A stretch of DNA of 63,029 nucleotides, the filler included, from Octopus bimaculoides (taxonomy: Eukaryota): assembly GCF_001194135.2 (NCBI RefSeq). It is 8 parts of 8 records of this genome, joined end to end, with 100 filler letters (N's around TTAATTAATTAA, not from the genome) between each part and the next. Parts side by side here need not be neighbours in the genome. Positions count along the whole stretch, not along the records: positions 1 to 14,647 come from NC_068981.1; positions 14,748 to 32,445 come from NC_068991.1; 6 more parts are not named here. One strand, 5' to 3'. The notes under the pieces were generated by a model that had not been told where the DNA came from, did no database searches, and worked only from the letters and a program-made list of their open reading frames with translations. The position numbers and the translations under genes are program-made. Below, one piece after another: positions 12,831 through 24,070 of the stretch (its first letter is position 1; each line of letters begins with the position of its first letter).

Positions 12831-14691
12831 CACACTGAAACACTTCAAAGACGAACCACCACCTACACCACTAATCCCACAAGCACAGCCCCTTTTCCTG
12901 TGCTAAGGTTCATGAAATTTGGATACACATAACACACGAACTCTACACGCAGACGAAATGTGCTCCCATGACGAACTACTTTAGTACACAAGCATACAAA
13001 CATCATCTACACCCAGAATATAATATAAGATAATGCAAACCATTCGACACAACTGCTTTCCCAAAAGTCNNNNNNNNNNNNNNNNNNNNNNNNNNNNNNN
13101 NNNNNNNNNNNNNNNNNNNNNNNNNNNNNNNNNNNNNNNNNNNNNNNNNNNNNNNNNNNNNNNNNNNNNNNNNNNNNNNNNNNNNNNNNNNNNNNNNNNN
13201 NNNNNNNNNNNNNNNNNNNNNNNNNNNNNNNNNNNNNNNNNNNNNNNNNNNNNNNNNNNNNNNNNNNNNNNNNNNNNNNNNNNNNNNNNNNNNNNNNNNN
13301 NNNNNNNNNNNNNNNNNNNNNNNNNNNNNNNNNNNNNNNNNNNNNNNNNNNNNNNNNNNNNNNNNNNNNNNNNNNNNNNNNNNNNNNNNNNNNNNNNNNN
13401 NNNNNNNNNNNNNNNNNNNNNNNNTATATATATATATGAATGCGTCTTTGTTTTTATGTTTAGTTATAATAAAAACAATTTTACATTAATCAGTGGATTT
13501 ACGCTATACGTTTGTAAAATACAAGTTTATTCTTAATCAAGAATATTGTTGACAGTAACATCTGTTCTGCTAGTTAAACCATTGTCAGACTGCAGTCCCA
13601 CGATGGCTTAACTGGCCGAAACTTCGAAGTCACGGCCACAATATCCTTCTTTAAGAATTAACACGCACACATGTGCGCGCGCGCATATATATAGAGAGAC
13701 AATGAAAGAGAGTGAGTGAGTGAGTAAGTGAGAGGAGGAAGAAGAAGCAGAGATAGACAGCAAATCTAGATGTAGACTGCATAGATAAAAGTAGAGTAAA
13801 AGATAGATAAAGAGAAAAACTGAGCGCAACACATTTTGGTTGATGCACTGACTACAAATAGAAATGGCGAAGAGACAGCTGAAAGCTATTTAGTAATTTC
13901 CTTACTGGCATATCAATCATCTGTTCTCTTTGATGATATTTTAGATCCCTTAAATGTGATAATGAATACCACTTTGACATAGGGTCAGAAAATTTTCAAG
14001 GGTATCATCCTTAACAGAAACCTTTGCTCCGAATAACTGGGTTCATTCAGTAAACTATAAACACCTGATTTGTAATACCGACGGAAACTAATTTTTGTTG
14101 CTGTTTTGCTTCTATGTCAGCCTTGGTCGAGCCTAATGAACAAAGGAATTTTTGTCTTCTGTCATAAATTCGGGCTGACCAAATCCACTCACAAGGGTTT
14201 GGTCGGTCTGAGGCTATACTAGTATCTATGTGTAACTTTGTGTCTGTGTTTGTGCCCCATCACTGCTTGACAACCGGTATTGGTGTATTTACGGCTGCGT
14301 AACTTAACTGTTTAGCAAAATAAACCGATAGAATAAGTATCAGGCTTTAAAAAAAAAGTAAGTACTGGTGTCAATTTGTTCGACTAAACTCTTCCAGACG
14401 GTGACTGGAGATATTTCAGGTTAGAAGATAAAAGTTAAAAAACGAAATTAAATACTGCAAAACAACTTACCTATAAATCTGATCTATTTTATTCGAAACA
14501 ATTTTTTCCAAAAATCTGTACAGTCGATTATTGTAACACACACACACACACACACATACATAAGTGTTTAAGAAGTTCGCTAAATTATGTGATTCCAGGT
14601 TCGAATCCATTTCACAGTTCCTTAGCTAAGTATCTTCTACTATAGCANNNNNNNNNNNNNNNNNNNNNNNNNNNNNNNNNNNNNNNNNNNN

Positions 14692-14703
14692 TTAATTAAT
14701 TAA
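14692..14703. other. Artificial scaffold-join linker TTAATTAATTAA centred in a 100-bp N gap (also at 32490, 36660, 38949, 46013, 51161, 57929)
   Basis: Identical N44-TTAATTAATTAA-N44 pattern occurs seven times. Confidence 0.95.
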
Positions 14704-14747
14704 NNNNNNNNNNNNNNNNNNNNNNNNNNNNNNNNNNNNNNNNNNNN

Positions 14748-14785
<38 letters not shown>

Positions 14786-14788
<3 letters not shown>

Positions 14789-14941
14789 CATGGCTGTATG
14801 GCAAGAAGCTTGCTTCTCAACCACACACTTCTGCATTCAGTTCCACTGCGTAGCACCTTGGGCCGGTGTTTCCTACTGTAGCCTCGGGCCGACCAAAGCC
14901 TTGTGAGTGGATTTGGTAGATGGAAACTGAAAGAAGCCCGT

Positions 14942-14993
<52 letters not shown>

Positions 14994-15200
14994 TGCGTGT
15001 GTGTCTATGTTTGGCCCCCACCATCGCTTGACAAACGATGTTGTTGTTTTTACATCCCCGTAAATTAGCGGTTCGGTAAATCAGACCGATAGAATAAGTA
15101 TTAGGCGTACAAAGAATAAGTCCTGGAGTCGATTTATTCGACTAAAGGTAGTGCTCCAGCATGACTGCAATCGAATGACTGGAACAATTAAAAGAATAAA
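14786..15200 (+). mobile_element. Full-length SINE family B with central (GATA)n
   Basis: tRNA-like head ggcatggctgtatggcaagaagcttgct..ttcagttccactgcg, body gcctcgggccgaccaaagccttgtgagtggatttggtag, microsatellite, tail ggtgctccagcatg..aaaagaataaaa. Confidence 0.8.
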
Positions 15201-15213
15201 AGCACACAAGCAT

Positions 15214-15282
<69 letters not shown>

Positions 15283-15288
<6 letters not shown>

Positions 15289-15441
15289 GCTCCTTTCAGT
15301 TTCGGTCTGCCAAATCCATTCACAAGGCTTTGGTCGGCCCGAGGCTATAGTAGTACACACTGGCCCAGTGTTCCACGCAGTGGGACTGAACCCGGAACCG
15401 AATGGTTGGAAAGCAAGTTTCTTAGCACACCGTCATGCCTG
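15283..15441 (-). mobile_element. SINE family B, 5' half
   Basis: Reverse complement of the family B head and body, abutting (TA)n. Confidence 0.75.
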
Positions 15442-15618
15442 TATTTCTTTCTTTTTTTTATTTTAGAAGTAGGTATGATTGTAATATGATTTTTGTGTAA
15501 CAATGTGTAATGTTCTTTATAACATTTATGAAATATTCTCTTTTTATGTATTATTTTCAAAATTTATATATAATATCTTGAACGAAACAAGAGAAACATA
15601 ACAGTTCGTGTAACTCAC

Positions 15619-15775
15619 CAGATAAAGATTCATTGTTTGGTTCCTTCTCAAGTGTGAGTAAGTATACGTCAACAAAATCTCTTATGTAGTCACCATTGTA
15701 GGTTTCCTTATGTTCACGGATTTTCTTTTTTATGTAGCTTCGGATCTTTTTGTCGTTCTTGACAATTTGTTCAAT
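15619..15775 (-). CDS. Cytochrome P450 (clan 2) minus-strand gene, exon 4 (G/H helices)
   Basis: tag|IEQIVKNDKKIRSYIKKKIREHKETYNGDYIRDFVDVYLLTLEKEPNNESLS|gtgagt matches the CYP2-type I.EH..T.....RDF.D.YL motif. 157 bp, phase 0 to 1, consistent with exon 3. Confidence 0.9.
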
Positions 15776-16217
15776 CTATAGTGAAAAAATTAGCATCGGT
15801 GGCCTATGAGCCCAACTAAGCGTTTTATAGTATTTTGTTTTCATCTACAGTAATCAACGTTCTACACTGGAATCGAATTTCCTCTTTTTGTAGACAATAA
15901 AATAAACGTAATTGTTATGCTAAACCAAATCAATCAGCTATACACTTTAATTAACATAAATTGTATGCAACATTTCTAAAAGACAATATTAATTACACAC
16001 AGAACTATCTTTAACTGTAATTTAAAATGTTTGCTCTTAACAGCAATTGCTCTGTGGAAATATTAGAACATATGAATTATGAATTATATGAATACAATTG
16101 CATCTGAGTGTATTACAGGCAAGTGTTAATGTTGTCTTCATTGTAGGTCCAACTTCATTGGCCGTAATGTCTAAGGGAATTACTGTTATTCTATTAAGCA
16201 ATATCAAACTATAATAG

Positions 16218-16430
16218 ATGGCAGCGAGCTGGCAGAGTTGTAAGTGAACCAGGCAAAATGCTTAACACCATTTCGTCTGTCTTGACATTTAAATGTGGCT
16301 GAGGTCGACTTTGCCTTTCGTTCTTTCGTGGTCGATAAAATAAGTACCAGTTGAATACTGGAGACAACGTAATCGATTCATTTCTTTCCCCGAACTTGCT
16401 GGTCTTGTGCCAAAATTTGAAATCAGTATC
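16218..16430 (+). mobile_element. SINE family A in CYP intron 3
   Basis: gagctggcagag head and gaggtcgactttgcctttc..gtcgataaaataagtaccag body. Confidence 0.7.
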
Positions 16431-16712
16431 AAATATAAATAAAAACTTTAGCATGGAGGAGAGTTGTAAAAATGAAAAGTTAAATCAACATAACTGAGAA
16501 AAATTTTGACATCGAAAGCGTTTCAATGGGAAAGAATTTTATGACGTGTAAAGCAAATTCAGGTATCATCTCGATCCGACAATTTTCTCCTAAATCATTG
16601 AATAGTCACCATAAGACTATGACAAAATTTGGGGTTTGGCGAACCTATATTTTCTGGGTTCAAATCATGATTCAATAATATTCAGATTTCAATATGAAAC
16701 GTTTATACTTAC

Positions 16713-16839
16713 GGGAGAATTCCATCGGAAAAATCTCAGGAATGGAAAGAAATTCTCTGGTATAAATGCACTACTATTCTTGAAGAAGAATCTTAAGTTT
16801 TCAACAATTTCCTGAAACTCAAGTTCACCAAATCTGATC
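16713..16839 (-). CDS. Cytochrome P450 (clan 2) minus-strand gene, exon 3 (alternative in-frame acceptor gives start at 16833)
   Basis: (R)IRFGELEFQEIVENLRFFFKNSSAFIPENFFPFLRFFRWNSP|gtaagt; phase 2 to 0, fits exons 2 and 4; contains a CYP2-like N.FP.LR motif. Confidence 0.85.
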
Positions 16840-17499
16840 CTTCAATTGCAAAACATACAATATATATTAGTAGCATAATACTTTAATAGAAAGAGAAAAT
16901 GTCGCACCATTTCGAACATCAGACCTTCGGCGGATGAAGGAAAGAACTATATAGGAGGACTGAGAAAAAGAGAAAGTGATTGTGGGGTCTGGCAAAATGG
17001 GAAAAAGTAGGTAGAATTACTGTTTTGGGGAGGAATTCAGAAGTGATATAGGAGTGAGTGTGTAGATGCAAGTTTAAGAATGCATTTGTGTCTGTAAGCG
17101 GAAATAAAAGGTAAGTGATTTGTGTGTTAGAGTGATGTATATATGCTTATAGAGGTATGCATGTGTCGAAGTATTGTAATACTGGTTAGTGGTGGTGTAG
17201 AGACTTAAGGACATTCCTAAGGAAAAAAAATCTATATATGGTGACTAGTGGAAGAAGCTTTATCTTTTTACTATCATATGATGTCTCAGTAGCATAATTT
17301 GCAAAAGGTTTACTTCAACTGAAAGCAATGGCTAGCCACTATTTAACACTGAGATTGGCGGTATAATAACACAAAATTATGTGGAACAATGTTCAACATA
17401 TTTCAAGACAGACTATTGAAGATCTACCGTAAATTCAGTTGTATACAAATATTCAGAATGTTTATTGCCGAAACAGAGGGAGAACCATCCATCCATATG

Positions 17500-17706
17500 C
17501 AATAATTCCCTCGACTATCGTGGGTGTTACGTTACAAAACCTCCCACAGAAATAATTAAAATCTAAAAAAATATAAATACCTATCGGCTGCGGAAACCCG
17601 CGATATACTGAGAAGTCCGCGATATAAATTTACATATATTAGTCAGAAAAATCCGCGATGTACTGAGTGCACAATAGGTGAACTGCAATATGGCGAGGGA
17701 TTACTG
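17500..17706. mobile_element. Tigger/pogo-type MITE in CYP intron 2
   Basis: Ends caataattccctcgactatcg / caatatggcgagggattactg followed by TA. Confidence 0.65.
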
Positions 17707-17791
17707 TATTCATAAGGATATACACACATGTTTATTACATATATATGAAGTTTATTACATATATTGTTTACATATATTGAATGCTACTAAC

Positions 17792-18017
17792 CTTTCACCA
17801 AATATTATATCATATACAATACTCAACGAGAAGTATGCCAACGGGTCGCCTAAGGAAAACGGTTTGCCATTGTGAGATTGAAAAACTTTGCTTAATCTCT
17901 GGGTTTCCAAATATATTTGGTCTTCTAGTTTTCTCTTACCCATTCCTAAATCCCGGAATGTTGCGTAAATAAACTTTTTCAAGTCCTTCCATTCTTTTCC
18001 AGTGTTAAAGAAAATAC
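17792..18017 (-). CDS. Cytochrome P450 (clan 2) minus-strand gene, exon 2 (C helix to E helix)
   Basis: tttcag|(G)IFFNTGKEWKDLKKFIYATFRDLGMGKRKLEDQI..IVYDIIFGER|gttagt; W-x3-K C-helix, R.LG.GK and IFGER motifs; 226 bp, phase 1 to 2. Confidence 0.93.
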
Positions 18018-18851
18018 CTGAAACAATAGTGAAAGCACAAAAGAAAAAACAACTTTGAAGATGTTTTCATTCTTTTCATTTGAAAACTTATATATATANN
18101 NNNNNNNNNNNNNNNNNNNNNNNNNNNNNNNNNNNNNNNNNNNNNNNNNNNNNNNNNNNNNNNNNNNNNNNNNNNNNNNNNNNNNNNNNNNNNNNNNNNN
18201 NNNNNNNNNNNNNNNNNNNNNNNNNNNNNNNNNNNNNNNNNNNNNNNNNNNNNNNNNNNNNNNNNNNNNNNNNNNNNNNNNNNNNNNNNNNNNNNNNNNN
18301 NNNNNNNNNNNNNNNNNNNNNNNNNNNNNNNNNNNNNNNNNNNNNNNNNNNNNNNNNNNNNNNNNNNNNNNNNNNNNNNNNNNNNNNNNNNNNNNNNNNN
18401 NNNNNNNNNNNNNNNNNNNNNNNNNNNNNNNNNNNNNNNNNNNNNNNNNNNNNNNNNNNNNNNNNNNNNNNNNNNNNNNNNNNNNNNNNNNNNNNNNNNN
18501 NNNNNNNNNNNNNNNNNNNNNNNNNNNNNNNNNNNNNNNNNNNNNNNNNNNNNNNNNNNNNNNNNNNNNNNNNNNNNNNNNNNNNNNNNNNNNNNNNNNN
18601 NNNNNNNNNNNNNNNNNNNNNNNNNNNNNNNNNNNNNNNNNNNNNNNNNNNNNNNNNNNNNNNNNNNNNNNNNNNNNNNNNNNNNNNNNNNNNNNNNNNN
18701 NNNNNNNNNNNNNNNNNNNNNNNNNNNNNNNNNNNNNNNNNNNNNNNNNNNNNNNNNNNNNNNNNNNNNNNNNNNNNNNNNNNNNNNNNNNNNNNNNNNN
18801 NNNNNNNNNNNNNNNNNNNNNNNNNNNNNNNNNNNNNNNNNNNNNNNNNNN

Positions 18852-18909
<58 letters not shown>

Positions 18910-19325
18910 TGTGTGTTGTGTGTTTGTGGTGTGTGTGTGTGTGTATGCGTGTGAGTGTCTGTGTGGAAAAGCGAACATTTAATGTACCCTTAGCGATTGC
19001 ATCAATATGGAAAACGCCCACAACGTGTGAAGAAAAAGGAAAGAGCGAAAATCGCAGTATGAGTTTAACGGAAAAACAGCGATGAATCTAACACAAATCC
19101 GTATTTCCCTACCACAACTATTTCTTCCAATGTCAGTAGTGGTAAAAGTATGACCACCCTTTACAAAACATAGAAAAAGAAATACAGGAAGAAAGAAGAA
19201 CGCCTAGACGGAGCAGGACGAGATAAAGTGTTTGCATAGTGGCAAGAAACGCTAATTGGAAGAAAATAGTAACGGTAAAATGCTTGAACAGTTTTCGTTG
19301 AAAGACATAGCAGAGAATAAATTGC

Positions 19326-19905
19326 GGATCTTTTTTAAAACGGGGGCCACATTTTTCATTAACGAAACACTTTGAAACTTGGAACACTGGTAGAATGTGT
19401 CATATAAAACATCTTTTTCTCTTAGTCTTCTTTAAAAAAAAAGAAATCCATAAGTTTTTCCATGTTAAAGCTGTCGTATTTCTGTAATTTCAACCAATCA
19501 CTGACGTCCATTCAGCCGATATACATTAAGTGCCGACTACATAAACAAACGATTCTGAAACAATTAACCCTAACCCTAACCCTAACCCTAGGGTTAGGGT
19601 TAGGGTTAGGGTTAAAGCAAATTTAAAATGAAAAAAGCAAATAAAACGAAGGTATGGAGATTAAATACGCTTTACATCGCTTAATCAGCCAAAGGAGTAA
19701 ATATAAACAACTGAATACTTGTCAGTGATTGGTTGAAATTATCGAAATAAGACAATTTTTTACATGAAATAAATTCGAATACAAAAATATTTTTCTGTTC
19801 TATAACACAAAATAGATAAGTATACGAAGTTTGAAAGTCTTTCCGTACCAAAAACACTACGTAAAACATTAATGAAAAATGTGGCCCCCGTTTTAAAATA
19901 GATCC
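19326..19905. mobile_element. Non-autonomous foldback DNA transposon (GG..CC termini, 8-bp TSD; Merlin- or MULE-like) in CYP intron 1
   Basis: 37-bp TIRs (19326-19362 vs 19869-19905, one mismatch); TSD taaattgc at 19318-19325 and 19906-19913; inner imperfect IR pair 19461-19505 / 19721-19766. Confidence 0.85.
19564..19615. repeat. Perfect 52-bp palindrome of telomeric repeats, (TAACCC)4-TA-(GGGTTA)4
   Basis: Read directly: ttaaccctaaccctaaccctaaccct/agggttagggttagggttagggttaa. Confidence 0.95.
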
Positions 19906-20086
19906 TAAATTGCAGACTGAGCTGAAAGAGCGTGACCCATAAAAGACCTGAGAAGGGAAAAAGGGATAAAAAGTATCAAGAAAACTGGGAAAATGAAGAG
20001 TTGCATTCTGGATAAGTTGTGAAAATCGGTATGAAGGGGGAGAAAAAGGAAGCGAAGACATTTATTAAGGTAAGTTGGCTACTTGC

Positions 20087-20456
20087 CTTGCTTTCGGGAT
20101 AATAGCTCCGCCATGTAGATCCAGTAGGGTCTTCCTTTCAGTTCATCTCCTTTCTTTACCAATCCTTCTAAAATCCATTCTGTTTTGCATACAGTCACCA
20201 GAGTGTCAGAACCAAGTTTCAGTTTGAAAATATCTCCATATTGTTTTCGGAAATCTTTCATCTTCGAGCAAAGATCTGTGGTTGTGATCATCTGAGGTAG
20301 ATTTCCAATTATTGGAAATGATGTTGGACCCGGAGGTAAATTGTAGTTATGCTTTGTTCGCGTCATAAACCATCGTACGAGCAACAGGGTGACTAATCCA
20401 AACAAGAAACTTTGTATATTAATAGTTTCTATAGCATATGATGCAGAAACATCCAT
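20087..20456 (-). CDS. Cytochrome P450 (clan 2) minus-strand gene, exon 1
   Basis: N-terminal membrane anchor, LPPGP.FPIIGNL proline hinge, YGDIF.LKLG and L..RP motifs. 370 bp, ending at a GC donor homologous to the GT donor of the paralog. Confidence 0.93.
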
Positions 20457-21394
20457 AACCCTATGTTGCTGTTGCAGTTATGTGTTCGTAATTAAAGCTT
20501 GAAATATATTCCTCTCAGCTCCCCAGAAATCTTAAAGATAAGGGTTGTTTAAATCTACTGCATACAGTTAGAAATCATACCATTAAATGGCATTTTAACG
20601 AGATTGCTCTCTATATATAGTAGTCTGCTTCTTTTAACTATTGTGTGAACACTTGGCTTCAGTAAGTATTGCAGTTAATGCTATAACAAGTATTCAGTTT
20701 CTCTAAAATAGGTTACCAATCCATTAACATAACTATGTTATTACTTGTTAGCCATAGGTTGTTGTTGTTCTTGAGTAACTCCAAGTCGACCCTGATCAAA
20801 CAGATTTAAGACAGGTAAGTAGTCAGTCGAAAGTTGACATACTGCATATTATACGTCGCTGGACTGGGTAGGTCCAGTGCTGAATTAATCTAGTAGCAAT
20901 AATATATTGTACTGATCCTGCATTTTCAATGACTTCATATTAATTATGTGAAATCTGTCAGTTCTAAATCAGTGTGGTGGTGTGTTTACGTCTCCGTAAC
21001 TTAGCGGTTCGGCAAAAGAGAACGATAGAATAAGTACTAGGCTTACAAAGAATAAGTCCTGGGGTTGATTTGCTCGACTAAAAGCGGTGCTCCAGCATGG
21101 CCGCAGTCAAATGACTGAAACAAGTAAAAGAGTAAAAGAGTAAAGTCTAAGTGAGCTAGACTGTTAGACTCTAACGTTAGCTTTACACCCAGGTTATATT
21201 TCTTCAAATTTAACATTGTCATAATTTCATTTTGGCAGGTAGTGTTGCTGCCAAATATGCACGTAGTATAACAACATATTTTGTTTTTGTCCCTTCTATT
21301 CATTTTCTATTTTTTTATGCGAAAATTCGGGCGCCACGATCAGTGATTTATTTACAGCAGCATGCTATTTTATTTAGTCTTGGTGTTGAGTTTA

Positions 21395-21775
21395 ACATGT
21401 TGTTGTTGGCACTCCGTCGCTTACGACATCGAGGGTTCCTGTTGATCCGATCAACGGAACAGCCTGCTCGTGAAAATAACCTGCAAGTGGCTGAGCACTC
21501 CACAGACACGTGTACCCTTAACGCAGTTCTCGGGGATATTCAGCGTGACACAGAGTGTGACAAGGCTGACCCCTTTGAATTACGGGCACACCAGAAACAG
21601 GAAGTAAGAGTGAGAGAAAGTTGTGGTGAAAGAGTACAGCAGGGTTCACCACCATCCCTTGCCGGAGCCTCGTGGAGCTTTAGGTGTTTTCGCTCAATAA
21701 ACACTCACAACACCCGGTCTGGGAATCGAAACCGCGAGTCCGCTGTCCTAACCACTGGGCCATTGCGCCTCCACT
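21395..21775 (-). mobile_element. tRNA-derived SINE family C
   Basis: Minus head ggaggcgcaatggcccagtggttaggacagcggactcgcggtttcgattccc. Its 3' domain (tgtcacactctgtgtcacgctgaat..aagggtacacgtgtctgtggagtgctcagccacttgca) is shared with copies at 56546, 59275 and 61960. Confidence 0.75.
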
Positions 21776-22556
21776 GAGTTTAACATACACTGTCTTTTAA
21801 TACGTATTTCTGAGTCGAATGTCACAGTTGTTAATGGTACTCTTTGTGATCTTTGAAGAGGAGAACAGCGTCGGTGTGTTCTTTATATGAACTTAGCTTT
21901 GATATATTTGTGAATGATAATAGATCAGCTACAACCAGGAAAATTTCCAAGAAATTAATTACATTAGATGTAGATCAAGACCGTTTTAGAAGTTATACCG
22001 ATTTTGAAATATTTCCATAAACTCATAATTTTTGACGTGATTGGTTCCATTCATTGTTACTTTTCAGACCAGTCGAAGTGAACGGTTTCCTCTGAAAAGC
22101 TTCTGCACATGAAACAGTTTGTAACCTGATCACCTTTTTGAACGTTTTTCTGTCGAAGTTTTTTTCTACTAAAAGGCTTTTGAATTCTTTTAAGTATGAC
22201 ATTAAAACTTGAACTTGAAGAGAGACTTGCCTTTATGCCGTTATAACTGCCAAAATATGCTTCGCAAACAGCTGCTTGCATTGTTATTCGTGGTTCAGAA
22301 CACACTTAGAAACAAGAAGAAGAATTGATAACTACGTTGCTGGTAGTAGTAGAGCCAATAACATTAACAAACAGTCCGTGATTATTTTAAGATACAAAAA
22401 TACCACAAAAAGAAAAGGGAAATGAAAAGAACCAAACTTGAAGACAAACTTCATCTTAATCACCGTTTTAGGATACAAAGCTAAAAGAATATAATTGTGG
22501 GTATTTCTACAACTATTACTATTATTATTATTATTATTATCGTTGTTGTTGTTGTT

Positions 22557-22990
22557 TAAGGTGGTAAGCTGGCAGAATCGTTATCACGCCGGGCGAGATG
22601 CTTGGCGGTATTTCGTCTGCAGTTACGTTCTGAGTTCAAATTCCGCCGAGGTCGACTTTGCCTTTCATCCTTTCGGGGTCGATAAATTAAGTACCAGTTA
22701 CGCACTGGGGTCGATGTAATCGACTTAACCCCTTTATCTGTCCTTGTTTGTCCTCTCTATGTTTAGCCCCTTGTGAGCAATAAAGAAATAAGAATCGTTA
22801 TTACGCCGGGCGAAATGCTTAGCGGTATTTCGACCGCCGCTACGTTCTGAGTTCAAATTCCACCGAGATCGACTTCGCCTTTCATCCTTTCGTGGTCGAT
22901 AAATTAAGTACCAGTGAAATAATGGGCTCGACGAAATCGACTCATCCCCTCCTCCAAAACTGCTGCCCTTGAGGCAAACTTTGAAACCAC

Positions 22991-23026
<36 letters not shown>

Positions 23027-23223
23027 GGTGGTCAGTTGGCAGAACGCCGGGAAAAATGCTTAGCGGTAATTCGTCCTTCTTTACGTTCTGAGTCCAAATT
23101 CCGCCGAGATCGACATTGCCTTTCATCCTTTCGGAGTTGATAAAATATGTACCAGTAATGCAGTCTGATCAATATAATTGACTTACTCCTTCCCCTACAG
23201 GGGGCAAGAATTATTATTATTAA

Positions 23224-23275
<52 letters not shown>

Positions 23276-23430
23276 GCGAACTAGCAGAATCGTTACCGCG
23301 CCGGAAAAGTGCTTAACGGCATTTCTTTCGACTTCACTTTCTGAGTTCAAATGTAACCTGAGTCGATTTTACCTTTGAACCTTTAGGGGTCAATAAAGTT
23401 ATTACCAATTGAACACCAGAGTCGATGTAA
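22557..23430 (+). mobile_element. Cluster of four co-oriented family A SINEs separated by (ATT)n
   Basis: Repeated gttctgagttcaaattccgccgaggtcgactttgcctttcatcctttcgg units with heads near 22557, 22790, 23025 and 23277. Confidence 0.8.
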
Positions 23431-23489
23431 GAGAATAACTTTCACGTGATTCGTGTTTTATATTTTATGTGATTGGTGATGCCGCCTCA

Positions 23490-23950
23490 GAAACTATAAT
23501 TGTGGTCTCGGATGAGAACCAGTTTGCTCCTTTTGTGGAAGCGTATTATTTATTTTCATATCTGTTTTAGATTTATTGAGGTCTTTTCTGTATTGCGTCT
23601 CAGGTTAAGATTACGGTTTCCAAAATTTCTTCTCAAATGTTTTGTCACTCTTCTCATGGCTCCAATAATAACCGTCATTCACAAGACCTTGTCGTTTCTC
23701 GCAGTACTTGAGGATTTTCTACTTGAAGTCAGTATAATGTAAGGATTATAGTGCTCTACTTTTTCTTTTTATTCTGGTGTCAAATGGACATGCCACGTGA
23801 ATTACATTACATAGTTTCTTATAGTCGACGACATCTGGTCTGTCGTGTTCAGTTCTTTAGATGTATTTGAAAAGAAAAGTCCAACAACCTCGCTTGAACA
23901 TTATAATAGTTTTCATAAGGTATAAGGCGCCCGCCAACATGTATTTACGG
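23490..23950 (-). mobile_element. Highly degenerate R4-like LINE 3' relic
   Basis: Traces of LLDFSFQ..RPD and VIIGAM..VTKHL motifs with many stops. Confidence 0.4.
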
Positions 23951-24070
23951 ACTGCTATGTTAACTCTAAGCCGAAAGATACAGTTGTTATTGATATTTTT
24001 GTGACTTTTTGTTGGGGAGAGCAGAGTTAATTATGCTATTTCTATGAACCGAGCTTTGATCATTACCATT

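Noticed and set aside
19564-19615. Chromosome end-to-end fusion scar
   Set aside because: Fusions give (TTAGGG)n-(CCCTAA)n; here the orientation is reversed and the array lies inside a TSD-flanked transposon.
21720-21775. tRNA gene
   Set aside because: A/B boxes continue into a SINE body; no full cloverleaf. The same applies to the other tRNA-like heads.
22557-23430. CRISPR-like repeat array
   Set aside because: Units are long, diverged SINE copies with microsatellite spacers in eukaryotic DNA; no cas genes.
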